NCBI GenBank assembly: GCA_002633005.1
Contig: NMRA01000017.1
Coordinates: 268,260 to 332,259, forward strand
Direction of reading: 5' to 3'
Origin: Phoronis australis
Lineage: Eukaryota > Animalia > Phoronida
Length of the DNA stretch: 64,000 nt
Under the pieces are notes generated by a model. The model ran no database searches and had not been told where the DNA came from. It worked only from the letters and a program-made list of their open reading frames with translations. This document shows, piece by piece, positions 1 to 12,530 of this stretch. The translations under genes and the position numbers were made by a program. The stretch's first letter is position 1. Each line of letters begins with the position of its first letter.

Positions 1-310
1 AAAGTGACCAAACTCTAGGCATGTGTGACCCTATCCCCCGTTGCATAAAATTTAAGAGTCAAAGCACACTAGGCCGTCTCCCCCGTGGCAAAAACTATAA
101 GTCTCAAATAACAGGAGAACCTCTTCCCCTCGGCATTAACACTCAAAGCACAAGCTATCCTCTCCCCCGTGGCAGAAGTGATCAGACTCGAAGCACAGGT
201 GACTTACTCAACCATAGCAGAAGTACTGCGTCTCAAAGCACAGGTGACCCTCTCCTCCATGTCAAAAGTGATATCGCACAAAGCACGTATAACCCTCTCT
301 GTATCGGTCC
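1..310 (+). repeat. Degenerate ~45-bp (15-aa) coding tandem repeat
   Basis: Successive units IKFKSQSTLGRLPRG / KNYKSQITGEPLPLG / INTQSTSYPLPRG / RSDQTRSTGDLLNHS / RSTASQSTGDPLLHV / KSDIAQSTYNPLCIG, with the recurring DNA motif CAAAGCAC...CTCTCCCCCG. Confidence 0.75.
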
Positions 311-1571
311 TGAGGAACAACGAACACACACTGTCAGAAGTTGCAGCTCATCAAACGCAGGTGATCGTCTCTATACTGATCTTGGACAAGTTCATTCTGA
401 CAAAGCACACAACAAAGAGAACTGGTTCTTCAAACCAGTTGCCACTGAGTGGGTCGCTCGCAGACTACTGGCAGCAGTGAATGGCAATACCAGAAATATC
501 TTGAAAGTGCCAGGAGCCACCAAAAGACTGTGCGTGTCTTCCGGTAATCGTAATTGGGAGTGGATTGAAGTTGCATTGAATGCAAAGCCTCAACGTCGGG
601 TGAGCAGTGCCGAAACCAGTGCCACCACATTGCACAATTCCTTCAATACAATGATTGATAGGAAGGTCAACTACATGAAACCACACGAGAGCTTGTACGC
701 CAGACAGTTTATTTACCTAGGTCAGTTGTGGGCAGGCGTAAACAATTTTAGGCTTCCAGAATCGTTGAGTGGCAGGAAGAGAGATTTTTGCTTTGATGAA
801 GACCAAAAATGTTTTGCGGAAAAACGAATCAATCTCACTGTTAACAATCTCATTGCTATGGCCGAACACAGCGTGTACTCATCCGAGCGGCTTGAACAGT
901 CTCGCATCGAGTTGATTGATTTTTGCTGTTGTGCAGTCAGCTCTTTAAGTGAATTGCTGCCCCAGACCTCAACGACGGACTCAGTGGGAGATAGCCAGAA
1001 TGCCAGGAGAATGCAGAGAGCCCGGTCAGCCAAACACAGACAGGTGAGCAAGGTTAAACAGACAAATGTTGATTCAATGCTGACCGCTATTGCCAACAGC
1101 GACAAGGAGAGTCTGGTCATTGACCATTTTGTCTCTCAATCTTCTCTTGAACCTGATGGGCGAAGTCTGTGCCAGAATAGTAAATGGAACAACTCCAGGT
1201 GTGAGCTTGAAAATCGAGTCACATTACTGTATGATACTGATAAGACTGCAAAACAGTTGCGCCAAACCCAGCTGGCGAAAACCAATCGACCGCCACAGCA
1301 ACGGGAACATCGACATGCCGATAAAAATACGAGCGACAACCACAGGGTGGCAAACGTTCCGACTGGGAAGTCTATTAGGAAACGTAAACGACGAAGTCCA
1401 GAGCAGTTTGGTGGCAAAACGGGCAAACATCGTGGGAGGGTTTGTGTAGATACTGCACGTCCAACATTTTCGGGCGTCACTTTGTTGGACAGTACCGGCC
1501 GACGCACGACAGGGGTGAAACACAACTCTTCCGACGACCCAACTTGGATGTTTGTGGAGAGACGCAAAGTG
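3..1571 (+). CDS. Large 5'-truncated coding exon of an unknown S/T/R/K-rich protein with degenerate 15-aa N-terminal repeats (ORF continues unspliced to 1793)
   Basis: The frame is open from position 3 (SDQTLG before M at 21) to the stop at 1793, far longer than any other ORF here. A candidate phase-0 donor GTG|GTGAGC lies at 1571/1572, after which the sequence becomes T-rich and intron-like. No recognisable domain. Confidence 0.6.
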
Positions 1572-2977
1572 GTGAGCGAAATTTGTGTCTTCCTAAAACA
1601 ACGAGTATTTCGTGGCATATATTTTACCATAGCTTTTATTTCAACAAGCGGGATTTTGACAAATTGTTATGCTACAGAAATAATAGTTAAGGTATTTTGC
1701 TTTTGTCCTAGTATTGATTGGCATGTGTATTTCATGGAATTGATGCTCAGTCGTTCAATTTCTACGTGTATCTGCGAAGACAGCGTTTTGTGAATTCTGA
1801 CGTTGGCTGTCTTGAGTTCATAGTATTCCCAAGAACCTGCAGGCTTAATCACTGCTTGTCGTCTATTGTAATCAGACTAATGAGCTAAAAAGTAAGAAAA
1901 TGAAAATTCTCTAATTGTAAACAAAACAATGGGTATGTTAAAGCTTTTACAAGATTGTATAATACACCAAGTAGGCTTAACTCTTGCACTACTTTCCAAT
2001 ATTACTAGGAAATTTCTCAAAATGTTTATTTTTTTCAGTCGCTTTCTCCAAATTCGGCTACCGTGGGAAGTACTCGCCATAGAATCGTGATGGCAAAGAG
2101 ACCAAATGTTTACAGAATGACAGTTTGGTGTAGATTTAAATTGTATGGCCAGATGAGAATTGGTGGATTTTATATTTATTTCGGTAGATTATTATTTTTA
2201 AGTTATTTTCATAAAAGTCTTAGTGGCAGCTAATTTTAGAGATGTCAGATTTTTGCTCAGTATTTTGCACCTGTTTCATGATTCTTTTTTATTTTGCTTA
2301 CACCAAAATCTTAAGCTTTACCAGCCGAGATTCATGCTTTAGCGTAAATGTACCAATATCCTTACCTCGTGCAGTACATATAATACTACAGACTGAGATA
2401 ATTCATCTTCAGATTTCAAAAGACACCGATGTCGGTAACAGCAGAATTTTATTCTCAGTGTAAATTACATGTTTATAATTATTTTTAATGCATATGCATA
2501 GCATCGATTTGGTATCGTGTTGTATTTTTGTTAAAATGGTATGTGTGCCAGATGACGTACAATAAATAAATTTTAGTTTTAATTTGGTGTTGTTTTTCAT
2601 GCTGCTGCAGAAGCCATTTTCCGATTTATCGGCAAAATAATAAAATACTGTATGTTCTTAGATAGCGATTGGTTAGTGGACAACGTTCATCGGTATTGGG
2701 ATTTCCCATATCTTTGCAACCATCACGCCATCAACATTATCACATTTTTGTGCCGTCAGATATTCCAGCAGAAGGAAGTTGCGTTTTGTCCCTGTCATGT
2801 CTGCGTCTTGCATAGCAGAATTTGAAATGGGATCAAGCGATAACCGCTGTCGTGCACCCAAAACGCTAAATTGCTGCATGTCCAATGTTCAAAATTGGGA
2901 ATTTCAGTAAATTGAATGCATTATCGATTCTCCAATGAAAGGGAATAGTACAGCAATACAAAAAACAAATGCTGATA

Positions 2978-3222
2978 GGCTTAAGAATATGACGTGGTTG
3001 GTTTTAGTTTGTGTATTTTTTGAAAATTGAAGTATGTTTAGAGTTATCCGTATTTTCAAAAAGAAGTTCATACCACATGAAATGGGGTGAGATCTTTTAT
3101 CCCAGCGTCATTTGATGCTGCCAGAAATGAGTCGGTGTCCTTTTTTCTTCAAACAGTGAGACGCAAGTTTCAAAATGAGTAAAACACAAACCAAAAACAA
3201 CTACGTTATTTTATCCTAAGCA
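2978..3222. mobile_element. Degenerate MITE-like element with ~55-bp imperfect terminal inverted repeats
   Basis: Left GCTTAAGAATATGACGTGGTTGGTTTTAGTTTGTGT..TTTTGAAAA pairs with the reverse complement of right TTTTCAAAATGAGTAAAACACAAACCAAAAACAACTACGTTATTTTATCCTAAGC. Confidence 0.5.
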
Positions 3223-3853
3223 ACGCTATCGTAAACATGTAAATTAATTCAATGGCAAACAGTATACAGGATATACGCAGGGTTAAAGGTAAAATATTTT
3301 TGTGCAGTTTAAATGTGACAGCTAAATGTTGAATTCTTAATCAAAGCACTTCCCGCTTTAAAAACATTTAGCACCCTAACTGACATTTTTGAAATGAAAC
3401 CCTAGTCACAGGCAGTGCGCACAATCGCCATTTTCAATTTTGCAACTTAATTAAAAGGTTGGCAAACCCCAAGTGTTTTCTATAGTCTTTGATGATTCTG
3501 ATGTTCTTGTTAGTAACTGAAATAGAATCCTACAACGGAGAAAAATAGGTAGACGGTGAATAACATAAATTTGCCGAGCTAATTTTGAACAGAAAACACG
3601 TCGCGCGTGAAACTCGACCGTTGTATTGCCACAAAACCTTTTTTAAATGACTTAAAAGTCGGAAAATGGACCACCTTGCACCCTGTAGAAAGAAATTGGG
3701 TAAGAAAATGAAAATGAATGTTAAGAAGTCGAAAGAATATCACATGTATGTTTTTAAAAGTATATTAGTGCCGCCATTTTACAATATCTAACTGACTATT
3801 TCTTGTACTGAATTAAAAAGTATCTATACCTATGTTACGATGGCTTTTCTCAC

Positions 3854-3936
3854 GGTCGGGTGCCCGTAGATTCAACTTCCATCCAAGTGGAGAAATCTAC
3901 CTCCTTGCTACAGTTTGCCATGGACAACAACTGCTT
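3854..3936 (-). CDS. Candidate minus-strand exon containing a start codon (MANCSKEVDFSTWMEVESTGTR+CC)
   Basis: Long polypyrimidine acceptor on the minus strand (TTTTTTGTTTGTTTGTTCTTTTTTGCTTTCAAAG|), ATG at 3921-3919 (tccATGG), donor CC|GTGAGA at 3854/3853. Only one frame is open. Confidence 0.5.
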
Positions 3937-4557
3937 CTTTGAAAGCAAAAAAGAACAAACAAACAAAAAACAGTAGGACGCTTCCCAATTTGGAGATTTT
4001 AACAACCATCTTCTCTTGACCAATTTCGTGTTTGAGGTAACTTTATCACAGCACTGTTCGGAAAAGGGTCTCCCTTTCTTCTCAGCAAATGGGCCACTTT
4101 TATTTTGATATCTTTCTGGACCAATTTGCACTATTGTTATCTGGCATGGGTTGCTGCAAATAGCGAAAGTTGTTTCTTTGCTAAAATGGGATAAAAATTA
4201 ATATTTCAATTCTTCACATATGGAATCTTCATCGTCACCATTCTGACAATAAGACGGTGTCGGGAAGGCGATTTCGGCACTAATTTCACAAAAAATTATG
4301 CGTGGGACATTTTTCTGCTCGCCAGTTAATATCAAATTTTATTTTTCCCACCTAATTTCCGCCACTAAAACACAATTTAGAAATTGGTGTTCGACTTGAC
4401 TATATCTTTCCAACATAATTAAATGGAAGGAACTGAGGTACAGTCTTGTAACGGGTAAAAGCGCAGAAACAAAGAAGTGGACGACACCACCGATTTCACA
4501 ATTGTTGCATCAGGTGCCAGAACTTTGCAATCATTCAGTAGAACTATCGTATGCACA

Positions 4558-4808
4558 GGCGTCCTCAGCTTCTGATCGTCTCCAATACACTACATATACT
4601 ACAAGGTATGACACTCGGGACTAGGAATTTCACGGGTGCTTAACTTCAGCCGTCCATGTCAAGCACAAAACTCAGTAAATTTACACAAAACAGGGGTTCA
4701 ACAAACCATGAACAATTGTTCCTTCTTCTGATACCATGTACGGTGTCCTGCTCCCACGAGTTCGCAATAAATTCGCGATCAAAGGACAAAAATCTTCCCC
4801 AAAAGCCG
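4558..4808 (+). repeat. Interspersed repeat, copy 1 (homologous to 19309-19561)
   Basis: Colinear ~250-bp similarity: GGCGTCCTCAGCT..GATCGTC.CCAATA.ACTACATAT ... TAAATTTACACAAAAC.GGGTTCAACAAACCATGA ... ACGGTGTCCTGCTCC ... AAAAGCC. Confidence 0.85.
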
Positions 4809-5479
4809 ATGCGTACTCAGCCTGGATCACTAGACTATATTTTGGCTGGGGATGCAGCTGGATAATTAGGGAATGCACCCATTTAGAATGTGGACTGGAA
4901 AATAAGAACCCACTTAAAATGAGCTTCCATGAAAAAAATCACTCGTTAATTACATTTTATTCTACGCTTTTGCATGGGTTAATTTTAGAAACCCAACACT
5001 TTCGTAGGAATTGTTGGACAGCTGTTTTTTTAACCCGTTGTTCTGAAATAGTCAAAATTGAGCCCATCTTTTGCAACCAACAAATAATATTAAAAATCCT
5101 TCTGCCTATGTCAGATTTTTGTTGTTGGAAAAGGGAACTGTTTGTAGAGTTTCGAAATTCCGAAGTGAAGCTTTTTACTTGCAAGGTTTGCAAGTAGGTA
5201 ATCACATTAGGGAGTACACCCTTTCGTAAGAAAGCTGGTTAGCGGCACGTTCCTTATAGGTCAATAGTCTTCTGCGGCAGTGCCCCCCCCCGAACGTAGG
5301 CATGAGCTCATGGCAAATGACTTTATTTAAAACTTAGGTTAAAATAAATTCTTACGTGGCTCACTCACTGCCACACTGACGAAATTCCAGAATGAACTTG
5401 ATGCTGCTGTGCCTCAAGAACTAGCGAAGGGAATTACGTGTAAAAAATCTTTGTAAATCTGACTAAAGGGGGTTTTCCA

Positions 5480-5685
5480 AGGGAGCAGTGGGGTATCCCA
5501 TGTTTGGGATGACGTCACAAATTTACTTGAACATGCGCAGACCAACACGTTGACAAGTGATGCTGAGGCATTCCAAGAACTTGTGAACTTTTGAAAGCGT
5601 ACCGACTTCAATCCGACGTCGGTTTCTTACTCACGTGATATGTTCGAGTACTGGGCATATTTTGAAGCATACTAGCTCTACTACA
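5480..5685. promoter_or_regulatory. Candidate bidirectional promoter (CRE, E-box, NRF1-like half site)
   Basis: TGACGTCA at 5510-5517, CATGCGCA at 5532-5539, palindrome CCGACGTCGG at 5613-5622, TCACGTGA at 5631-5638. Minus-strand donors at 5356/5355, 5369/5368 and 5635/5634 lie on one side and a + strand ATG exon at 5686 on the other. Confidence 0.5.
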
Positions 5686-5797
5686 ATGGGGCACGTGTTT
5701 GGACGGTGTGTGAACAAAAAGAAACCTTTAATGGACAGAGGATCCCCTGGCAGTCGAAGAACAGAAAGTTCGTCTTCCAATGATAATGTTTCAAACA
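5686..5797 (+). CDS. First coding exon MGHVFGRCVNKKKPLMDRGSPGSRRTESSSSNDNVSN (+1 nt), with a putative N-acylation signal
   Basis: acaATGG Kozak context; 37 codons + 1 nt; donor ACA|GTGAGT; Gly2, Cys8 and a KKK basic patch. Confidence 0.65.
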
Positions 5798-8051
5798 GTG
5801 AGTGTTTACAGTGTTGGCTTGTGTTGTGTTCTGATTATATGTTATTGCACGTTTTATACTAGCGTGTGTTGTTGACGAAGCTTATCTCCACTTTCCTTCT
5901 TTACAGTACCACTCGTAAATTAGATTTAGACACTTGACACGTGAGTTGAGTTAAAACTCTTTTCTTGATGTACACAAACAATACTTAATAGTATAGTGTA
6001 GGCCTACAATGCGTGCGGCATAGTAGCCCACGTCTAGTAGGCCTAAGCATTCCGTGTGTGCTAGTCGGATTGCCAAAAGCTAGGACCAATATGTTATTAC
6101 TATCAACCAAAAATAACTGGGACCTGTTGAGTTTACATACATGAATGCGTATGTGATGAATGACTGTGCTATGAATACAGCATTGTTGTATGAGTAAGCT
6201 TGCAAACACTTAAGCGACTGTCGGTAGTAACAACAGTTTGATATTGACTGCTAACAAGTGATCATTCAGGTGTAACATTGTATTTGTAGCTGCCCTCTAT
6301 ATTGGAGCAAAGTATGGTAATACCATATGGTATGTAGTTACCCTGTAACACCAGCTGATATCAGAAGAACCAACTTAAAGATGCTGAATGACACTCTTAA
6401 TAATTTCTTACTTGATTCACATGTCCATTTTGTTGAGATTTTGAAAATATCTTTGGACAGCACTGACTTGCATAGTACCCCTTGGTGAAATCATTACTAA
6501 GTGTGACCTGGAATGATACAACTCAGTTTGCCAGTCATGTGGAGAAATTTTACCTTTTACTCCTTTGAAGTTTGTGAAACTGAATCTGAATTGCCTAGAG
6601 CCTTCTTGAATATTTGAGCAGACCAGGGTACATACTCTTTGTAGCCTTGATACTATGTTGCTGATTACAAAAAACAGATACATATTGTTTAAATTAGACT
6701 CTTGAACATAGGAGTATCTCTCATTGACAATACTGGTATATTTGCAAAAAACTAGAACCATTGGACAAGAATGTGTTCAACTTGTGATTACTGTTCAGAT
6801 TTCTGCTTTTTAAATGCAACAATTGCATCATTTTATTGTGATTGACATTAAATTTACTGTAGTCATGTGTCCGATGGGCTCAGAACTGTGTTGTGGTAAA
6901 TCTTCCCATAAAAATCACAAATTATGGCACACAAATGGAATTTTATTTTACGAAGTCAGTTAGTTAATGGCTTCATTAATGCTGTACAGATGTTATAAAA
7001 CTGAATTTTTTCAATTTTCCTTGCATTAAAGTAACCAGCTTATGCAAGTTGGAAAAATGTGAATTTTGGTTATTTTTGTTTGGAAAGAATTAGTGTACTA
7101 TTCGTTATATCCCCAGCTCTTACAACCCAAGACGATGTAAGTACCGAAATTGAACTCTGAACTGTGGGGTTAACTTATCTCTGTAATTATACTTATAACT
7201 CACCATGAAATGAGCTACCCTGAAGGCATAGTGTTTTATTGGGTGACGTGACGTTTCACTACACTCACTGACAGGAATACAACTACTATGCACTCAACTC
7301 ATCATATTGTAATAAAATTTCTTCAGTTTGGGGCACAATATGGTAGACAGTTAAAATTTAATTTTGTCAAATTTCTCAAAACAAAAAACTTTTCAGGAAA
7401 ATATACTATGCTTTTAACATGGTTTGTATGGAGCACCAAACAACACATGGTAAAATTTTGAGCATTTGAAATACTTTGGTAAGCTATGAAAAATAAGAAA
7501 TGTGACAATTTTATCAATTTTTAATCCAAAATTGAAGAATTGTTACTGTAGTTGTGGTTGGTTTCTTTTGTTTAAAAACTGTTCTTTTTTGCTAGCAACG
7601 AATCTGATTTCATCCAATGCTCACAGACGGGCTTCATCTTGTCAATACTGTTACTGTAGTTTGCAAGTTATGATGTGTTTTGCCAAACTGTTCAAAAGCC
7701 GCACACCAACGTTCCTGCAAAGATCTTAATCACCTATTGTGAGGTAGGCCTCTTATGGGGTTTGTTGTCAATGGAGTGCCAAAAACAACTGCGTTGCCAG
7801 TTTTGATTAATTTTGTTGTGTATTTCAGCAATAAAGTCATATTTTGATACTATGCATTTATTGAAAGTCACACTCTGCTCCTATGGGGCCCTTGCACATG
7901 TATTTATCTCAAAACACTTGCATCAGGTACGTTATTTGCATTTTGCTTCACCTACACCAACTTGCCGTTCACTAACACATAACTCTTGTTGCATTGTGTG
8001 AGATCGTGAAAGTGACTTTAGCTCGCTCCAGTCGCAACTCACAGTGGACTC

Positions 8052-8097
8052 GCTGAGGTGACCAAGATGGCTGAGGTGACCTAGGTGGCTGAGGTGA
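8052..8097 (+). repeat. 18-bp tandem repeat (~2.5 copies)
   Basis: GCTGAGGTGACCAAGATG / GCTGAGGTGACCTAGGTG / GCTGAGGTGA. Confidence 0.8.
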
Positions 8098-8447
8098 AAC
8101 ATAATTTCATTTATTCTTTCACCTTCATGTTGCTATGCTGCCGTTTCCCTCACAAGGCCCATCCAAATAAAGAAAAAAACAAAAACAAAAACTGCCTCCA
8201 TAAGAAAAAAGGTGTCCCTGACTGGCCTATAGCATCATAGAGCCGCCTCTGCAAATTACCAAAAAGGCGAGCTCTGAAACGTCGCTGCATGAAATCTATC
8301 CACCACATCCCGTGCTTCACGTACGAACTGTAGGTAGAACTGACTTTTCTCTCTAAAATGCTACCCTGGTGTTATTCTACTGACTAAGGGGTTATTTGTT
8401 ATGCCCTGCTTCATTCTATGTTACTGGCCCTAATAGGATCTTCCCAG

Positions 8448-8482
8448 ATTACACAGCGATGGAACTTTCCTTTGTCCCGGAG
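8448..8482 (+). CDS. Candidate small internal exon (phase 1 to 0; YTAMELSFVPE)
   Basis: Acceptor TCTTCCCAG| and strong donor GAG|GTAAGA. The phase fits between the 5686 and 13573 exons. An alternative acceptor at 8436/8437 is possible. Confidence 0.4.
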
Positions 8483-8559
8483 GTAAGAAAGCTCCTTGTT
8501 TTCATTGACTTAGTTTTGGAATGTCGGCACATTTTCACAGGTCATGTCGGATACTGTCG

Positions 8560-9260
8560 AGATATATGACCTTGGAAATGTTCCTGATTTCAACGGTTTA
8601 AAATTCCCGGAATTGAAAGGCATCTTCAGGAAAAGGGATTCTCTTTGGTTCAAAATTAAAACCCAGTGGACTTACTTTATCCACATGCTCCACATTTTCT
8701 TTGATTGATGTTGGCAAGGCAAAAAACTTTACATCAGACACCCATGGATATTTGCTCCTAAATATCTGAATGTATTGAGCAGTTTGTAAGTCTCTCAGCT
8801 TGGGACTGTTGTGAGGTCACTCCCTTACACCAGAAAAATCAGTTTCAACCTTGGTATATATTTCTTTAAGTCTAGATGTTGATCTGTATTGTTGGCAATT
8901 GTGGTCTCTGTAATGTGATATCATAGCTGATCTGTAATCTGACAATAAGTGAATATGAACACAAATACAAGTGTAAGGTGTAGTTACCTGATCCATAATG
9001 TCAATATTTAGTCAACACTCATGGGTTGTTGGTCTTAAGAAACAGGTGAATTGGACTCACTATTTTCACAATAGATTTGTGGGATTATAATGAAGTGAGA
9101 AGTATCTACTGGGTCCAGTGTTGTTCTTTAAGTGGTTAATAGGGGCCCTGACTTGGTGCCTGTATTATTGTAGACATGTGAACTTCAAAAGTGGGCCTGA
9201 GGTCAGAGGTTAACATCTGTTTCCCAATAGTTGATATGTTGTTGTAGCTAGTAGTCTATT
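8560..9260 (-). mobile_element. Decayed non-LTR retrotransposon (CR1/L2-like) RT fragment
   Basis: Minus-strand GTKSGPLL near 9162-9136 resembles the LINE RT motif PQGTKLGPLL. VDKVSPLG near 8685-8662 resembles the downstream KxLG motif. Many stops and frameshifts; boundaries approximate. Confidence 0.4.
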
Positions 9261-9794
9261 TGTCTAAGCATCTATGAAAGCATTTCATGTAATTATTTCC
9301 CCTGTGCTGTAGTGAGCGCAGGATACTGTCATTGCAGCCAACCTTCATACGTTATGGTCTGCACGCACATTCTCTCATTATATCTCATGTATATTATTCT
9401 ATTCTAATGTGTTGTATACAAAAGCGTTCTCTATTCATCGACACATGAATTTCTATTGAATTGCTTGTTCACCAAAATTCTCTATTTACCAACACATGTA
9501 TTCCCTTATAAACTCTCGTATGGCACATTCTGCTTGTAAAGCAAACTTGAATGTGACCCGTTCCCTTGCAAAAGGGTGTCATCTCCAACCCTTGTGAAAA
9601 GATGTGATCTCCAACAAAATTCCTTTTGATAAGGTGCTTTTTCTGATAAAATTCCTAAAGAGGGTTAACTGTGGGAGTTTGAAATTCTGCACCAGGTTTC
9701 TTTTACAATCTATTGAAATTTATAAATGGATTTTAATATTATCAATATTTTGGAAATTTTGTTACTGATGTTGTCTGACAATGTTGACAACATG

Positions 9795-10110
9795 GTATCT
9801 CTTCCTTGTGTTGCAGGATTATTGAGGTATCTGTTCGTTGTGTTGCAGGATTGTTGAGGTATCTTTTCGTTGTGTTGCACGATTGTTGTGATATCTCTTC
9901 GTTGTGTTGCAGGATTGTTGTGATATCTCTTCGTTGTGTTGCAGGATTGTTGAAGTATCTCTTCGTTGTGTTGCAGGATTGTTGTGATATCTCTTCGTTG
10001 TGGTTGCAGGATTGTTGTGATATCTCTTCGTTTTGTTGCAGGATTGTTGTGATATCTCTTCGTTGTGTTGCAGGATTGTTGAGGTATCTCATTGTGTTGC
10101 AGGATTATTG
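9795..10110 (+). repeat. 32-bp minisatellite, ~10 copies
   Basis: Unit TGCAGGATTGTTGTGATATCTCTTCGTTGTGT. It accounts for the repetitive ORFs 9742-10092 and 9806-10111. Confidence 0.95.
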
Positions 10111-10986
10111 AGTTAAAATTCTGCTGTCCAAGAAATTTTAGGTTTATGAAAGTAATTGCTCACAAAAAGTACCATTTCTGTCATGTCTTAACTGTTTATT
10201 TGTAGAAATAAAGACCAAAAGTAATAAATCTGGTACTGGCATTGAATAATATCACATCGTGAGAGGTTGGAGAAACAATTGCGGTGGTTTGAACACCTCA
10301 AGACAGAAGTTTTCGGATACTTCAAAGCTGAAAAATGCATTTTACCGAAAATTGTGACCTCGCAGAATTCAATACGAGATGGTCCCCTGTGGTTCTCTTA
10401 TGTACCTAGTGATGCTAAAACTTAAGATTCATTAGTGAGTGAGTGACTGTTGAGAACTATGTCACTACAATTACTTGTAAATGTTACTGATGGATGAATG
10501 AATGTACGAAAAAAAGACCTTGTGCAAAACGTGCATTTCAATCATGTGTTTACCCGTGGAAGTCACACACCAACACAAGTGACATCTGTAGGTATCAGTA
10601 GACACTGCACAGCTAAGAAAAGATGCAAGGGTAATTCTTCACCTATTCAGCACACAATATGGACGAAAAGTGAAATTCTATTTTGTTAAATTTCTTTACA
10701 AAAATATAGATGAAGAAAATTTTAGTCTAGTACTATGTAGATGTCATGAAACAGCAATTGGTCAAGTTTCCATTATGTACAGCAAATGCAAAGTTATCAG
10801 CCGTTAAAAGATCAATTTTGGCTATTATTTTGAGCAAAATAAGTGGAGAAATCCGTAAGGTTGTATGAGACAATTATTGGAGCAAAACCTTACAAACATT
10901 TTCTTACTATTAACAGATACCACTCTTTACATGAGTGAGTGTTTTAATTTTCTAACTACACCCCAATCAAAGTATGGTTGAGTGCA

Positions 10987-11026
10987 CCCCCCCCCCNNNN
11001 NNNNNNNNNNCCCCCCCCCCCCCCCC
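10987..11026. other. Poly-C tract spanning an assembly gap (N run 10997-11010)
   Basis: C run, 14 N, C run. Confidence 0.95.
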
Positions 11027-11279
11027 GGGCTGCAATTGCACTGAGTTGTATTATACATACAGTTGTATGTAACCCTGAATACAAACAAAGTTGTACCGGT
11101 TTCCCTATAAATGGTGTGTGATACATATTGTACTCGAATAGGGTTGTCTGGGTTTACACAGCAATAAAACTGTCAAAAATAAACTGCTGTGCATGAGGAG
11201 AAACATTTAACTTGTGAGAAAAGACTTACATTAATTGCAATTACAAAAGAATGTGGATAATGAAAATGCCTTGTTTTGT

Positions 11280-12000
11280 AATGGAATGTTGTCTCTAGTT
11301 TCTCCAAGCGTTACATGTGCCATCTGATGCACTAGACATTCCAAGTATATATTTTTGCCAAGCTTAGAATCTAAATTCCGCTAATCTTTTCTTTTCGACA
11401 TCTCAACTAAAATCTATACTGAATGCTCATTATATGCATCTGTAAGAAAATGATACTTGGCCCTGAGAATGTCGCCCTGGTACAACTACCAGTGATTAAT
11501 TTCTGTCTGTTTGAAGGGACTAGCTGAAAAAAGCCCGACTGTAAGCTTAATGATCAAATCTCATGTCAGCACGTCACTTGATGTTGGGAGTCCACTGAAG
11601 GAGATGTTTGTGACAAGGGAATAAATAGTTGTCGTACTCAGCACACTGGTGGATGTAGAGGTGGGGGGAGGGGTTTCAGAACTTTTATAATGCTGGTCTT
11701 TTGGTAATCGTGGTCGACCCTCGCAACATCCAAGATTCACTAGTACAGTCATGTCTGGTGTAATGAGTTGTTTCAACTCCCTAACCATTGTCTCAGTTCA
11801 GTGGTGCATGGCATCTATAGTTACTGTTTAACATACACGTAAGTACAATAAGTTCAGGAACTCTGAATCAAGATTGTTATCATTCCAAAGCTGTATGTTG
11901 GTCCCAGGTGAGTTTTAAGTTTCTGTAGGACCTTGAAAATGTCCATGTTTGGCTAATTTCTTGGTGAAGTGAAATTGTTTGTTTGGGACCAGTTTCTGGG
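11280..12000 (-). mobile_element. Decayed LINE ORF2 C-terminal fragment
   Basis: Minus-strand KLTWDQHT near 11917-11894 resembles the LxWxxHI motif. The downstream ETPPP resembles ExxxPPL of post-RT regions. Likely continues the RT fragment at 14175-14560. Confidence 0.35.
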
Positions 12001-12059
12001 AGTGTGATTGTATCCATAAACTAAAGACCTACGAAGCACACATACCCATACTGCATCAA

Positions 12060-12530
12060 TTTAACATATGGTACAAGCTCTGAGGTGTATGCCTCTTACC
12101 ACATGTGAGTGACTAGAAAATAAAATCCAGGACATGTTTGCCTTTGACATTATTGAACTAGTTTAAGCACCAACACCATGGGCATCCCCTTAAGCTGGTA
12201 TTCCTGTGAGGTTGAGAGACGATATTTGTTTTTGTGTCAATATTCGTAGGCAGAAAATACGGCAGTCATTCGGTCGCATCATCTGATCCCTGCATTTGGT
12301 AGCATTATTCATGCCATAAACGGCAGTGCTGGACTTGCAAAGTTGCTTTCATCAAATTGAGTTGAATGAAGAATTTCATGGTGTAACATTTACTTGTCAT
12401 TTAAAAATCTTTAGATACAGGCATTTGATTATGGGCATAAGCTCCGTGCCGAAAAATTTCCAACATATTCTCCATCAGACTTCTGCATGTATCCAGGAAG
12501 TGCAGAATTTGTAGAAATACATTAGTATAA
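12060..12530 (+). mobile_element. Gypsy/Ty3 LTR-retrotransposon reverse transcriptase relic
   Basis: Motifs DIIE, PTPWASP, LDLQSCFHQIEL and FRYRHLIMGISSVPKNFQ match Gypsy RT motifs (LDLxxxFHQIxL, YRYxRLxMGxxxAPxxFQ). In-frame stops and frameshifts. Confidence 0.85.

Noticed and set aside
2662-2885. Exon-like stretch open on + (DSDWLVDNVHRYWDF...) and on - (70 aa)
   Set aside because: The + strand phase does not fit the 1571 donor, no motif is recognisable, and the strand cannot be resolved.
9742-10111. Repetitive 101-116 aa ORFs on both strands, and a CRISPR-like appearance
   Set aside because: Produced by a head-to-tail 32-bp minisatellite with no unique spacers and no cas genes. The same applies to the arrays at 34.7 kb and 45.5 kb.
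11895-11907. ATG-MLVP with a perfect phase-1 donor CAG|GTGAGT
   Set aside because: Lies antisense within a LINE relic (KLTWDQHT motif) and is only 4 codons; chance is likely.
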